Source: Octopus vulgaris (Eukaryota). From it: a stretch of DNA of 64,000 nt. Both the position numbers and the translations under genes were made by a program. This document shows, in pieces, positions 14,153-32,519 of this stretch. The notes beneath the pieces are model-generated. The model was given only the letters and a program-made list of their open reading frames with translations, was not told the DNA's origin and searched no databases. How positions within the stretch are numbered: the first letter of the stretch is position 1; the number at the start of each line of letters is the position of its first letter. Location: NCBI GenBank assembly GCA_951406725.2, contig OX597814.1, positions 42,780,001-42,844,000 on the forward strand, written 5' to 3'.

Positions 14153-14337
14153 ATTATAAAAGTAGAATATGGCCAAAGTCATAAATGAGAATATTAGTAA
14201 ATGCCAAATTATATTCGACGGGCATTAAACAAATATTTCAAATGTGTAGTTAATCCAATAATGGATCATGTTGCAACTATCCCGCTGCCGCTGATCATAC
14301 TTCCTATGACAACGCGCATTTTATCTGAGTTAAAGTT

Positions 14338-14644
14338 CACCTTTGGTCCTGACAGGCAACAGCATCAAACCTAAAAAGTTTCCCTCCAAGACATAAGTCC
14401 GGGCAAGGTAGTTTGTTGAAGGCCAGAAGTCACACATTCATGCCAACCACCCTCTCTACCCTACCGATGTTATCCCAGGGAAAGGCAAAGGACGATACAG
14501 CTTGGCACCATTGACCTCACATCTCCTTTCTACAGCTGAGTGAATTGCAGCAACGTGAAATAAAGGGCCTTGCTTAGTTCTGGAATTGAACTCACTACAT
14601 CATGATTGAGAGCCCGATGCTCTAACCACTGAATCACGTGCTTT
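14338..14644 (-). mobile_element. Decayed tRNA-derived SINE
   Basis: Minus-strand head cacgtgattcagtggttagagcatcgggctctcaatcatga...gagttcaattcc, followed by tttcacgttgctgcaattcactcagctg, which is shared with the 41316 SINE. Confidence 0.75.
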
Positions 14645-15474
14645 CTTAAAACTTAATAAGTAATAACACATTTAGATGTAGAGAAACTTACATAAAGCAA
14701 ACAGGATGAACCTCAAGAAAAATGAATGTCACGGCATATAGAGAAAATTCGATTTCCTTGCCAAAAGCAAATATCTTTTATAAAAGATAAATTTACATGT
14801 ACCGGTAATCATCAGCCAAATTAAAAGTTTATTTCCCGTATTGCAGTGTAGTGTTGGAATATTCCAATAATAGCAGATCAATATGGATATTACTTTATTG
14901 AAAGATATTGCCGGATATAATTATGTGCAATAAATGAATGGTTTAACGCTTACATCTATCATTAATATTACAAATAGAAGAAGGTTAAATATATAAGTTA
15001 TTAAGTCTTTATTAGAGGGATAATAATATTCACTTAGCTTATGTTACCGTCAAGAATATGTAGCTTTAAATTACAAGAATGTATCACCGTCAAAACCAGT
15101 TTTGTTAAGAAATTCCTGATTCATTACGTTATCCTTCGTGACTAAAGTACGTTTATCTAGAACATTAGGAAAAAAACTTTTGAATCAAAATATGAATATA
15201 TTTTCATAGTAATATCTGTTCACTCAGAATTCAATACATTTTTTATGTATGCGAATATATGTGAAAGTTTAGTCACTAATAACCACCAGCATACATACTT
15301 TGAGTTGCCCAATCGTGCGCACATAGAGATACGAGCATGAACTGGACTTTTGAAATTTATTCATAGTTAGTGAAAGAACATGAGCAGCAACCACAATAAT
15401 ATCGACAGAAACAACAACAGTACTAATAATAATGATCATTCGTACTCCTCCTCTTCCTACTACTACTACTACAA

Positions 15475-15540
<66 letters not shown>

Positions 15541-15541
<1 letters not shown>

Positions 15542-16165
15542 GTCGGCATTACAATATCAAAACTGCCGACAAGTGGTATAATCACCACCCTGAGGCTGTA
15601 ACTGAAGGAGAAAATGTAACCATTCTGTGGGACTTTCCAGTACATACAGACCGAACCATCAAGGCCAATAAACCAGATATTGTTGTGAAAGACCAAAACA
15701 ATAAAGTTTGCTTATTGATCGACATGAGCATCCCCTGTGATCATAATATCTCAGCGAAAGAGTTTGACAAGCTCAGAAAATATAAAGACCTACTCATTGA
15801 AATTGAGAAAATGTGGCATCTCAAGGCGGTTACAATCCCAGTGATCGTAGGAGCACTAGGAATGATCAAGAAGGGAACCGAAAATTATATGAGAATGATC
15901 CCTGGCTTACCATCCCTGCAAGAAGTGCAAAAGATTGTCTTAACTGGTACATCACACGTATTGAGAAGAGCAGTGTCGATGTGAGAACTGTTGCTACTCA
16001 TGTATTTTAATTTAACTTTTAAAAAAATAAAAAAATAAAAAAAAATTAACGAACTATTGAGTTTGGTTTAATGGCCTACCAATGTATACTATGAGTGTCT
16101 TTGCCATAGGAGTCGGGAAGACACTCGGCAAGAAATGGAAGCAAATTTGAAAGAAGAAAAAAAAA
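15541..16165 (+). mobile_element. R4/Dong LINE, 5'-truncated copy with an intact RLE C-terminus
   Basis: Open frame ...HYNIKTADKWYNHHP...ILWDFPVHTDRTIKANKPDIVVKD..LIDMSIP..KYKDLLIEIEKMW..IPVIVGALG..stop at 15984. (TAA)n lies on both flanks. Confidence 0.93.
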
Positions 16166-16166
16166 G

Positions 16167-17490
<1,324 letters not shown>

Positions 17491-17496
17491 TTTTTG

Positions 17497-17499
<3 letters not shown>

Positions 17500-17545
<46 letters not shown>

Positions 17546-17558
17546 CAGAAGCAGCAGC

Positions 17559-17626
<68 letters not shown>

Positions 17627-17665
17627 TATTATTATTATTATTATTAGTAGTAGTAGTAGTAGTAT
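17500..17665. repeat. Compound (TTA)n-(TCA)n-(TTA)n-(GTA)n microsatellite
   Basis: Direct reading. Confidence 0.95.
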
Positions 17666-17704
17666 TATATATTAAAAAGGATTGACGAAACTCTTCACAA
17701 AGGT

Positions 17705-18420
17705 ATACTGTTTTTGTCAAGCTCCAAATAAGCAGTGATAAAAATTCAGAATTACAGAAATTTAAACGTAAAATATGAACGAGAGCAACCAGCGCCCACA
17801 CATTGATAGAATGACATCATCAGTTTTTAAGTTATAATTTTTATAAAAGGCAAAAAGAAAAAGATAGAAAAAAACAGAAAAAGAAGATGACAGACAAAAA
17901 GAAAGAAAAAGAGAGAAAGAAGAATATTTAATCAAACAGTTTTGTATAAATTTGGTGATATTCTCCTGTCATCATATTCATTCATCCAGGGCGTGATGTT
18001 AATAACCCGCAAACATATTCCCCCTTATGAAGAAGACTTAAAAGTGCATATTTTCAGAAGGTATTCTGTTTCAGTTTCAATTCTCAGAATGGATGAGGAG
18101 AAATATGTTTGCGGGTAATTAACATCACGCCCTGGAGGAATCAATAAGATGACAGGGGAATATCATCAAATTTATACAAAACTGTTTGATTAAATATTCT
18201 TCTTTCTCTCTTTTTCTTTCCTTGTTTTCTGTGGTCTTATTTTCTCTGTTTTTCTATCTTTTTCTTTTCGCCTTTCATAAAATTGTAACTTAAAAACTGA
18301 TGATGTCATTCCATCAACGTGTGGAGGCTGGTTGCTCTAGTTCTTACTTTACGTTTAAATTTCTATAAATTTGAATTTTTATCACCTCTTATTTTGAACT
18401 TGACAAAGACAGACATACTG
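17705..18420. mobile_element. Fold-back element with ~320-bp inverted arms
   Basis: 17705-18025 is an imperfect reverse complement of 18095-18420 (e.g. aagaatatttaatcaaacagttttgtataaattt / aaatttatacaaaactgtttgattaaatattctt), with a ~70-bp spacer. Confidence 0.9.
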
Positions 18421-18485
18421 TTGAAATATCGTTCAACTAATAAAATATCTCAAAATCGAATCGCTTTCTTCAACTTAAGTATCCT

Positions 18486-18743
18486 TTTCTTCTTCTTCTT
18501 CTTCTTCTTCTTCTTCTTCTTCTTCTTCTTCTTCTTCTTCTTCTTCTTCTTCTTCTTCTTCTTCTTCTTCTTCTTCTTCATCTTCGTCATCTTCTTCTTC
18601 TTCTTCTTCTTCTTCTTATTATTATTATTATTATTGTTGCTGTTGTTGTTGTTATTATTATCATTATTATTGTTATTGTTGTTGTTGTTATTATTATTAT
18701 CATCATTATTATTATCAATATTATTATTATTATTATTATTATT
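18486..18743. repeat. Compound (TTC)n-(TTA/TTG)n microsatellite
   Basis: Direct reading. Confidence 0.97.
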
Positions 18744-19291
18744 GGGTGAGAGGGCAGTGCATACCATCAAAGTGATACGTATATACGAAGCCCAGTATAC
18801 CGATCATGATTACCCGTCTGATAAGGGTCCACTAGGCACATGCATTAGAACTATATGTGCGAAACCTGGTGATCTCATATCAAGATAAACAGCACTTGAC
18901 CTTTCAGGTGGAGCCCAGTTAGGATTTTCTTCTAGTCGAGGAAATCATCCTGCTCAAAAGGTACCTGAATAAGGGTTGTTTAAGTAAGTTGAACGAGGCA
19001 CCCATGTTTCCAGAAGTGAATGATTCAAACCCCAAAGAATCCCTTTCAACACATGGCTATGATGCTCCCCACTACTTCTGCTCCGTGATCAGAGACGCAC
19101 ACATCGTTAGCTACTAAGGGACATGCTCAACTTGTGAATGCCACACAACTGACAAGCGAATCTGTGGTATTGAGCAGCATATTTGCTGTAGCCCATCTTT
19201 TATACCAAGACAAATTAATGTACATGATAACACTTCCAGCAGTTAAGATCAGAAGCCACGAGAGCCACTGCCTGGTACTGTGTCTATTACG
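18744..19291. mobile_element. ~550-bp non-coding interspersed element embedded in (TTA)n
   Basis: A second copy with matching ends lies at 28376-28876 and a partial copy at 13315-13508. No credible ORF, no recognisable tRNA head, no TIRs. Confidence 0.85.
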
Positions 19292-19359
<68 letters not shown>

Positions 19360-19376
19360 CATTATTATCATTATTA

Positions 19377-22414
<3,038 letters not shown>

Positions 22415-22422
22415 GTATTTTT

Positions 22423-24230
22423 CAGTAGTTTTATTTTTATAGTGTGCGTTCACTTCACTACCGAGCGCAGCTCTGTGAGCTGTGGGTATGTGCTGTGATT
22501 TGTTGTGATGCTCTGATCGTTATTGTATGGAAAGTGTTCTGTGTAGGATGTGTACAGTGCCTAGTAGTGCAATTTTCTGTATTTTATATGTGTTTGTAAG
22601 TCCTGGTGTTTTTGTTATGTATTTGTCTGAATATTTTTTTATCATGCCTAATGCACCTATTGTGATAGGAATTGTTTCTTTTTTTATATTCCACATTCTG
22701 GTTACCTCTATTTCAAGGTATTTGTATTTTAAAAGTTTCTCCATTTCTTTTAGAGACACGTTGTCATCTGCCGGTATTGATACATCAATTAGAAAGCATT
22801 TTTTGTCTTCATGATCTCTGACATCTATATCTGGTCTGTTGGCCTTAATTTCTCTATCTGTGTGTATCGGCATATCCCAGAGTATGGTTGCTTTCTCGTT
22901 TTCTGTGACCTTTTCTGGTGTGTGCCTATACCATCTTTTTTCTGTTGTTATTCCATAATGTTGGCATAGCTTCCAGTGTATGTAGGTTCCAACTCTGTCA
23001 TGTCTGTGAATATATTCCTTCTTAGCCAGGACTGGGCAGCCAGAGATAATATGATTTATTCTTTCTTGTCCATCTCCACATATTCTGCAGTTACTTGTAA
23101 TATTTCTTTTCATTACATGTTTTTGGTAATTTCTGGTGGGGAGGCTTTGGTCTTGTGCTGCAATTAAAAATCCCTCTGTCTCTGCTTTGAGTCCTGAGCT
23201 TCTCAACTATTGCTGGGATTTATCTTTGTCTATTTCTTTTGCATTTAGTTTAGTCCAGTATTTACCATGAAGGGGCTTTTCTTGCCATCGTTTTATCATG
23301 TTTCTTTGCTGTTCTAGTTTTAGTTTGGACTTCATTTGTTTTATAACTTTTGTTGTTTCTTCATCTTCTTCTTCTTCTTCATATTTATTAGGTGGTATGA
23401 ATTCTTGTTTGTATTTGTCAGCTTCCTTAAATACTGAGAACAGTTTTTTGCTCGTGTTTTGCCGCTATTTGTATCAGTTTTCCTTCCTTCTGAAGTAAAT
23501 ATATTTGCAGTCCTATGGTGGTTATTTTATAGAAGTTTTCCAGCTGTAAAATGCCTCTACCACCTTCTATACGTTGTATATATAGTCTTTCTATGTCAGA
23601 TTTTGGGTGATGCCTCCTACATCTTGTCATTATTTTTCTTGTTTTCCTATCTATTTTAGTCAGTTCATTTAGTGTCCAGTTAAGGATATTGTAGCTGTAA
23701 TTTATAACTGGGACAGCTAGAGTGTTAATACCTATTATCTTGATTTTAGCATTGAACTATAATATTCTTTTTTTATTTTCTGGTTCATTTGTGTGTGTTA
23801 TCTAGTTCATGGATTCCTAAGTATTTGTAAGTTTGGCTTTGGTCTAATTCTTTTATTTCATTGGTTTTATCTAGTGTGATGTTGCTACTCTTAACTAGTT
23901 TTCCTCTTTTCAGGGTTACTTTGGCGCATTTCTCTAATCCAAATTTCATATCTATTTCTTTGGTAAATCCGTTAATTGTCTTTAATTGTGTTTCCAGTTG
24001 TTTGTCATTTGCAGCGTATAGTTTTATGTCATCCATATATAAAAGATGGCTGATCGTTTTGCCGTAACATTTATATCTTCATCAAGTTCTATTTAGCATA
24101 TCAGATAGAGGTGACAGTGCCAGCAGAAAAGAAGTGGAGAGAACGTGTCTCCCTGGAATATTCCTCTTCTAATGGGGATGGCTTTGGTTTTCATGAGTCC
24201 CTCTTTTGTTTGGAGCTGTAGCACTGTTTC
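22423..24230 (-). mobile_element. R4/Dong LINE, decayed 5'-truncated copy (same subfamily as 12016 and 12233)
   Basis: ORF pieces YMDDIKLYA..KFGLEKCAK..YKYLG (23785..24036), HHPKSDIERLYI..GGRG (23427..23630) and the RLE domain (22520..23206). GIFQGDTFSPL near 24130-24165. Confidence 0.95.
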
Positions 24231-24451
24231 TCATTTCAAGGAAGTAACAGCCGCATTAATACCATTACTGACGAAACTCCATCCAGTATCTCCCGTAAGG
24301 TGTTTGGATTTCGGTAGTTTATTCAACCATGCAGCATATAGAACGGGAAATGTGACACAGCCTTCCGATGTGTGAAGTGGGGCAATAACCTCAAATAAGG
24401 TTTCACTAGAATTGACGGACACGCTAGTTTAGAAAGCGTTCATAACAAGAT

Positions 24452-24453
24452 GG

Positions 24454-24496
<43 letters not shown>

Positions 24497-24756
24497 GATG
24501 ATGATGACGACGACGACAATGGTGATGGTGATGATAATGATAATGATACTGCTCATGATGATGATAAAGTTGTTGTTGTTGCTGTTTTTGTTGTTGTTGT
24601 TATTGTTGTTGTTGTTGTTGTTGCTGGTGGGGCTGGGGGTGGTGGTGGAGGTGATTGTTGTTTTGGTGGTGTTGGTGTTGGGGAAAATTACTGTGATGGT
24701 GATGTCGAGGATGATGACAATGATGATGATGAAAAATTATGGGTAATGATGATAAT
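24452..24756. repeat. Compound (GAT)n-(GTT)n-(GGT)n low-complexity tract
   Basis: Direct reading. Confidence 0.92.
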
Positions 24757-26107
24757 AGCTACGATTAAGCATGTAGTAAATAATTTACGATCATCTTAAT
24801 TTCCAAACGTATATTCCTATACTAAATGTAATATAGGATATTTTTCTGTCCTAAATCCATAATATGGATTGTGCTATAGAATTTTCATTCCACAAAGTCG
24901 AGGTGTTAAATTACTGCAAAAAGGAGAAAAAGAAAAGTCCCTAACATATTAAATTTTATTTTAAAATATATTTCTTATTTGGTTTAATTAGAACACCTTT
25001 CTTCTTGGGTGTTTCTATCAGACTACAGGTTAAATGCAATTATTGATTTTACGAAGAAATTCTGCAATCAAAGCTATTCTTAGATAAATTCGCACACATT
25101 GAAATATCACACTATTACAAAGCTTACACTTCGTTTAACACTCCTGTGATTTATTATTTTTTTCTGTTCTAATTCAAGAAATAAGTTAGATTTATACACT
25201 AAACCATGAATACTATGTAGAATATATAATATTTCTACATGTCCACTTAATCACTAGAAATAATCTAGTGCCCATCGACTCATACCCAACACTTTCAAAT
25301 AGATAATGGAGTCACTGATGAAATATACACATGAAAAATATACGACGGCCAAAAGTAGGTATTCTGCAAAATAACAAGGTATACGATCTCCTATGAAATA
25401 ACCAGAAATTTACTATTCTATCGTTTCTATTTACAAATCGAATTTGGATTCGTTTCGTTGTTTGTGTCCCAGCATACACTCTTCACTTTCTAATTAAAAT
25501 GCCACTCACATAATGTTTTGATTCACTTAATTTACGCATTTCAGATCAATGCAAACGGAAAGAAAAAAAGATTTTAATAAAATACATTGCATTGATTTTA
25601 TTTTATTTCGAATGGTAAAAACATTGAATGATAAAAAGATTGAATAAAATTCCTTTTTCAGAATTATTTTTCAAATATTTATGTTTATTAATTTATAAAC
25701 ATCTAAAATGTAGAATCAAAAATTTGAAAGTGTTAGATGCTTCGATCATTACCAGCAAGAGGAGAAAAGTAACCACTTCACAGATATATACTAAAAGAAC
25801 AAATTCAGAGAGGTTATAATTTATTCCTTTTATATTTTTTATTCAGTTTTGGCTAATAATATTTTCAACTTTTTTTTTATCTCAAAGAAATAAAATTATA
25901 TACTTGAAATAATTATTCAGATTTGGAAATGTGTGGAAAGCATAATATACGAGAATTTCAACTTCTAAACACTATTCAAAACTTGTTCAATAGAATATGT
26001 TACTGTTTCTACCCCTGTGCGATAGATTATATGCTTTTTGCATAATTTAATTGTTCGTAATTTGAATATATATTCATATAGAGAAATGTACATTTTAATC
26101 AGTTGCA

Positions 26108-26160
<53 letters not shown>

Positions 26161-26302
26161 GTGTGTATGAATAGGAAGTTTACGATGGGGAAAAGAATAC
26201 GGACAGACTGACAGACAATTAGAGAACGCAAGAAGCATCATCATTCATTGAATTAAATGTACAGCCGGTTTCCTTGAACTTCATCATATTCGTTTTTTTT
26301 CT

Positions 26303-26363
26303 ATTGTTATTATTATTATTATTATTATTATCATCATCATCATCATCATCATTATTATTATTA

Positions 26364-26414
<51 letters not shown>

Positions 26415-26491
26415 GTTAGTAGTAGTAGTAGTAGTAGTAGTAGTTGTAGTAGTAGTAGTAGTAGTAGTAGTGTCATCATCATCACCATCAT
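26303..26491. repeat. Compound (TTA)-(TCA)-(TTA)-(GTA) microsatellite
   Basis: Direct reading. Confidence 0.95.
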
Positions 26492-27139
26492 TGGGTGCGT
26501 GTTTTCACCCCGTGTAACTGAGTCAAAACGATGGCCATGAATTTATACAGGTTAATTCTTATTACGTCGAGGACTGCACATTGTGTAGTATACGTGTTGC
26601 TCCTAGGCAGATACTTACTTCCTAGGTTCTTGTAGGCCGATGTTTCCTTGAATTTGTTGCTGAATTTTCGTAGCCGATTTTAATTAACTTAAATCAATCG
26701 GGTAATATATCATGTCCTGCATTCTGGAAATCACAATCTCGATGCTCACGTATTTAGAGAGGTTGTCTAGAAGCGTAATTCACGTATTGCGTTATACTTG
26801 TAATGACATTTCAGCAAGTATAAGAGTGTTAATTTTGCTAGATATCTTTTTTATCACAATGTTTGGTCAAATTTCTTTGATTCCTGCATGGACATATCTC
26901 AGAGAAAGTAGATACAGATATATACCCAGGTGTATTCTTCTTTTTTAGGAAGGGATAGCCGCAAAAAGACTCACCGGGTATTCCATTAATTTTCCAGCTA
27001 ATAGAGACGAACCTCGTCCTATGCTCGGGTCAAGGCAGGGAACACAACCCTCAATATCAGCAGCGGGGCCCGACAGCTTATGCTGGTTTACCCCAGCCGC
27101 CTCATGCTGGTTCCGTACCCTTCGAGCAACATCAATTTT

Positions 27140-27620
27140 ACTTGTGAAAGGTATGCTGAGAGATAAAAGTTTTGATATGAAAGCGAAAAAAGGTGTGTAT
27201 GAGGGAGTGATTGTGCCGACAATGTTACATGGTGCAGAGATGTGGGAGCTGAGAGAGGCGGACAGGAGGCGACTAGATCTGTTTAAGATGAGATATTTGA
27301 GGGTTATGGTTGGTGTGACACGGATGGACTATGGGAGGAAAGGAGAGGTGCGAAGTCGAGCAGGCACGAGAGAAAACCTAATAACAAGAATGGAGAGATG
27401 AATGTTGTACTTTGGCCACACGGTGAGGCTGGAGGAGGAGCTGTTGGTAAGGAGAGTGATGAAGGCAGCAGTGGTAAGCAATAGAACGAGAGGTACACCT
27501 CAGTTTGTGTCGATGGATGAAATGAGGAAAGCTTTGGTGGTTAGAGGTGTTGGAGTGAGAGAGGCAAGAGAGTTTATAAATGATAGGAAAGCTTGGAGAG
27601 TGTTTGCGGACAGAGAAAGT
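27140..27620 (+). mobile_element. RTE-clade LINE 3' fragment
   Basis: AKKGVYEGVIVPTMLHGAEMW...RYLRVMVGVTRMD...YFGHTVRL...RGTP...DRKAWR matches the RTE RT thumb/C-terminus. Confidence 0.88.
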
Positions 27621-27919
27621 AACGTTTCTATTACTGCAAATTGTTTCTAGATTGAAGTTACATCATTTTTCAATTATTTTGATGTAGTATTTCCTGCAGT
27701 CTTTTGTGACGAAACTTTTCTGCACGTCTCACTCAGTCCCTGAGTATTTCTGACTCGTGCATTTATGTAGAACACCTGCTATCACTTGTGCGCTGGATCC
27801 GGCTATCGACTGAGTCCCGCTGCCTTCATTTGGCCTGAGTTTGCAAACCTCCTCTTCAGTGGTTCTTTCTTCTCTATCATTTTATACACTTCATTCTTCA
27901 CTCTAGTATTTCATGGAAC

Positions 27920-28062
27920 AGAGATATTGATAATTTGGGCAACCTCCTTTCTTGTCAGCAACAATGCCTGTTTTTCTTGCCTCAAAACTTCTAACAAAAA
28001 TTCCGAGAAGCGCTGGTCTATTGTTTCTTCAAATTTATCGTAGAATCTGCATTTAGGATCAG
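27920..28062 (-). mobile_element. Small, deleted R4/Dong RLE fragment
   Basis: DPKCRFYDKFEETIDQ...IINISVP corresponds to DSKCRFCDTFDETIDH...IEVSVP of the 19584 ORF. Confidence 0.6.
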
Positions 28063-28099
28063 AGCTGCTGCTGCTACTACAACTACAACAACAACAACA

Positions 28100-28178
<79 letters not shown>
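28063..28178. repeat. Compound (CTG)-(CAA)-(CTA)n microsatellite
   Basis: Direct reading. Confidence 0.95.
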
Positions 28179-28179
<1 letters not shown>

Positions 28180-28180
28180 C

Positions 28181-28367
28181 AGGCGGCGAGGTGGCAGATT
28201 TGTTATCAGGCCCATCGCTATGATCTGGTTTCAAATCCTGGCGAGTTCGTCTTTGACTTTCATCCTTTCGGGATCGATAAGTTAAATGCTAGTGGAGTAT
28301 TGGGGTCGATGTGATCGACTGTCCCCCTCCCAATTAATTCAAACCTTGTACCTATATTTGAAAGGAT
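28181..28367 (+). mobile_element. tRNA-derived SINE (aggcggcgagctggcaga family)
   Basis: Head aggcggcgaggtggcaga...ggtttcaaatcc and core ctttcatcctttcgggatcgataa. Related copies at 35448, 48481, 52915 and 56285. Confidence 0.82.
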
Positions 28368-28375
28368 TATTATCA

Positions 28376-28876
28376 TTGAGTGAAGGAACAGTTTATGCTT
28401 TCAAAGTGACACTGGAATACAAATATACGAAGACCAGTATACCCATCAGGACTATACACCTAATAATGGTACACTAGGCACATGCTTAAGAACCACATGT
28501 GAGCAACATATTGATCTCATATCAAGATAAATAGTGCATGAAATTGCAGGTGGGGCCCAGTTAGGATTTTCTGTGGGCCGTGTATAAGGATTATCTAAGG
28601 GTGTTCAATGGAATTCCCATGATTCAAGAGGTGAATTCCTCTTAACACGTGGCAGTGATGCTCCCCCACTACTTCTGCTCGTGATCAGAGATGCACATAT
28701 CGTCAGCCACTAATGGATATGCTCAGCTGGTTAAGGTCAAGCAACTGACGAGTACTTAGCAGAATATTTGCTGTAGCCCATCTTTTATACCAAGCAAAAC
28801 AATGTATATGAGAAAACTTCCAATCAGTTAAGATCAGAAACCATTAGAACCAATGCCTTGTACAGCATAGGACATT
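28376..28876. mobile_element. Second copy of the ~550-bp TAA-associated element
   Basis: Colinear with 18744-19291 apart from small deletions. Short ttattatca/ttattatc flanks. Confidence 0.85.
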
Positions 28877-29793
28877 TATTATCACTATTATTGTTTTTGT
28901 TGCTGTTGTTGTTGTTGTTTTTGTTGTCCTTGTTGTTATTGTTATTATTACCACCATCATCTGCTTCCTCTTCTATTTCTTTATTATTATCATCGCATTC
29001 TTAGTATTCTGCCCATCATAATATTCCGGCAATCTTAATATTCCGCCCAAACAACTTATTAATCACTACCATTATCATCCTTAACCTCCTTAAAACATTA
29101 ATCACCATTTCAGCTATGGCTCATTTAAAATCATTACAACTCCTGCAATGCCACTTCTATCACCACTGGTGCAGGTGCGGTCCCTACACATATTTCTTTT
29201 GTTTCTAACTATATATCTTTTTAGACAACTCCCTATGTAAAACATTTTACTAACTAATCCAAGATGACCCACTTCTGTTGAATATTATTAGCTTCATACA
29301 ATAATATATTTCTTTTATTTATTAATCTTAGTTTCTAGATCAGACTATATAGAGCATCTATTCTGTATCAATATTGTTGACATTATAGAAATACATTGCA
29401 AAAGAGCCTGAGGCAGTGATTAGATTTATAATGCGTCATATGAATTCTAGTCTGCGAATATATGACGTTTTCGTTCAAATATTGAAAGACCTCTGTGCTA
29501 TAAAGCCCAGTTGATTTTAATAAACAGAAGTGCAGTTTATAAGAAACTTTCAGCATGTATAAGAAATTTCCTATCACAATACATTTTAAACAATATAGAA
29601 TAAAAGAAGCATTTTTAAATAATATAATTTTCAATATTTATGACGTATATATATATAAATATATATACAGTGAATCTTTACTATAGCCACATATATTATC
29701 AGCTGCTAGTAAATAATGGTGCATTGTTGTATTACTATTCTATATGTATTCTTCAACTTCGTGATGCTTTGTTTTACTGGAAAGCAGTATTGC

Positions 29794-29885
<92 letters not shown>

Positions 29886-31209
29886 AAACCATATAACTCA
29901 ACACTATTACTCAAAAAACAAAACGAAGCATTCAGAACTTGTAAAAACAAACTTTTCCATAACTTCAAGTGTAAACATATCCCTCACACATAACACTTAC
30001 TTGCATATTTCCATGGTCGTTCTATTATACCTATAGCTAACCCTTCATTATCTTCTCCATCAATCTTAGAAGATAACTGTTAATTCTTTACTTTAATCTG
30101 CAGGATTTATTTAATCTCCTAAACTTTTAACCTTAACCACTTAAATCTCCAAATTTTAAATATTTAACTGGTAGTTCCATTCACGCTTGTTTTTCCAAAC
30201 ATTCTTTAATATATTCTTTCCCCCATTTTCTTATTTATATTTCTACTTTTTATATTTCTTTTTAGTTTTACATTATTAATTCTGAATCCCATGTAATTTT
30301 CGCACCTGCGTAATTTACGCTTGTGATTTTCAGTATAAAAATTGTTTTAAGAAAAGCTTTTACTCGTGTTAAATTCGCACCCAAATGTTTTCAGAATTGT
30401 CGATATGGCCAAGGGGAAAAGAGTTTCAATTTAGTTGTATTTAACATAATTTCACTTACTTAAGATTAGATTTCATTAAATTTTCACTAAATAAAAAATA
30501 ATTTCTTGTTAACAGGTATCACGTTAAAAGCTATTGAATACAGAGTGTTTGTATTGTTTATAATAAACTTAATTTTACATTTCTTGCCTAGAAGAGATTA
30601 TGTCCGATCTTTAACAGATAGTGTATGTCTACTCAAATCGCGATCACAGGAAAAGTTCTTGATAAGAATTATCAACAAAAACAAAGCCGATAAATTCACA
30701 CAGGTGTTGCAAATTCAGTTTAATTACCAATAAACATCAGCTTGTATGACACTTTACTCAAACGACAGAGGAAGTTGCCCGGTCAAACTGATTATGTAAA
30801 TAGAATTCTGACTGGTTGAAAGTGTCTTCTCTCAAGTTCTGATTTCCATCCTATTATCGTGGGAACCTATGATACACAGTATCGAAATCTTAGTCCCTTT
30901 CACACTTATAAAATGTCAAACAAGCTTTAAAATTTGTCATTACCGTCTTAGTCGGGAGGCCAAACTGATAGATTGGTAACCCACTAAAATAAACATTAAA
31001 AACTGAAATTAGAAAATAAACAGTTTTACAAATTTAATTCAGTGTTTATTCAACATGAGAGCGGCGAAATTTAAGAAGCAACTTGTATGTACATGTAAAC
31101 CTGTTTAGTTGATGTATTAATATGTGTTTCTATTCAAGTTGTATATATAAGTGTTACTCTGTCGAAGATTCTATATATATATATATATATATATACATAC
31201 ACACATATG

Positions 31210-32519
31210 GTGGTTGTCTACTCTTTATGCAGAGTTTGAGCACCACCTGAACTTACACCTTAGCACCTTCATGGCACCTGATGTGGATGTTTAAACCAAA
31301 GTTATGAAAAGACACCCATACAGAATGCAAATCCGATTTGGACTACCAAGAGAAGCAGATAAATTCTGATATTTGTGGATCTTAAAATGTCTTTTGAAGC
31401 CTCCGTTGGATTTGAAAAATTTCTAGCATATACTGCATTCAAAGGTATGCACTGACACATAGGCAGAACAGTTGGTGGACGTTCTTTTTCCATGGGTTCG
31501 CAGATGCGATTTGAGCCCAGTAAAAGATAGGCATGGTCTGTCACATACTGTGCGCACAGAAAGGTCAATGTCCTTCACCTTCTCGATCATTATATTCTTT
31601 CTTATATCTCTGTTCAGTCTTATTGCATTTCCTGGCCTCTTCAAATTATTTCACTCCACTCCACATTCTATGTCTTCTGTATCCATTTCAACCGGCTTCA
31701 TAGTTGCCCTTATGCCGTCCTTAAACCTTTTTTAGGTTTACGCCGATAGCGTTTCTCTTCTGCAAGCTCACAATAAAACAGCTGCTTCTGCATGCGTTCA
31801 TTTGCTATTCGAAAAATATGGCCACACCATCTCATTTGCTTCCGCATAAGCAAAGCTTTAATTGAGGTGATGCCTGCAGATGCAAGGACATCTGTGTTTG
31901 GAGTATAAAAGAACTCCATTTAATTTTTAAAATTCAATGAAGTATTTTTGATAGAATTGTTCTAAAAATGTAAAATACTTTTCATAACAATCCAAGTTTC
32001 ACAGGAATACAACAGGGATGGTAAGACAAATGATTTGTAAAGAGCCATCTTCGTATTCTTATTTATAAGTCGCGGGCACCAAATGCAGCTGTATTTCTGT
32101 ATCAAGAATTCCATCATTTTGAACAGAACTTCCAAGGTAGATGAACGAATCGAAAGCCTCAAGTAACTTACCCATAACAAACATTTTAGAGTGGTTATGA
32201 ACAGCACCACACGCAGTTTGATGCTTTACAACCTCTTTTTCAAGTTAATGGTCAAGCCAAAATTATCACAAGCTGAGTCAAATGTAGATGCAAGAGATTG
32301 CAGATCTGCTTCAGACTGACTGACAAGATCGCAATCGTCAGCGTACAAAAGTTCCCTAATGAAGGAAGTAAAAACTTTTGAATTTCAGTCTGGTCAGGTT
32401 AAAAACATTCCCTGTTTTTCGATATGTTATGCAAATACCTTCGTCGTAGTTTTGAAAGGCATGTGAGAAAACAACAGCAAAATATATTTCAAAGAGGATT
32501 GGTGCAACAAGGTCTCTCT

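Noticed and set aside
24231-24422. 63-aa non-repetitive ORF abutting the 5' truncation of a Dong copy
   Set aside because: No recognisable domain or splice signals. The WLNKLPKS resemblance to CR1 tails is too weak to call.
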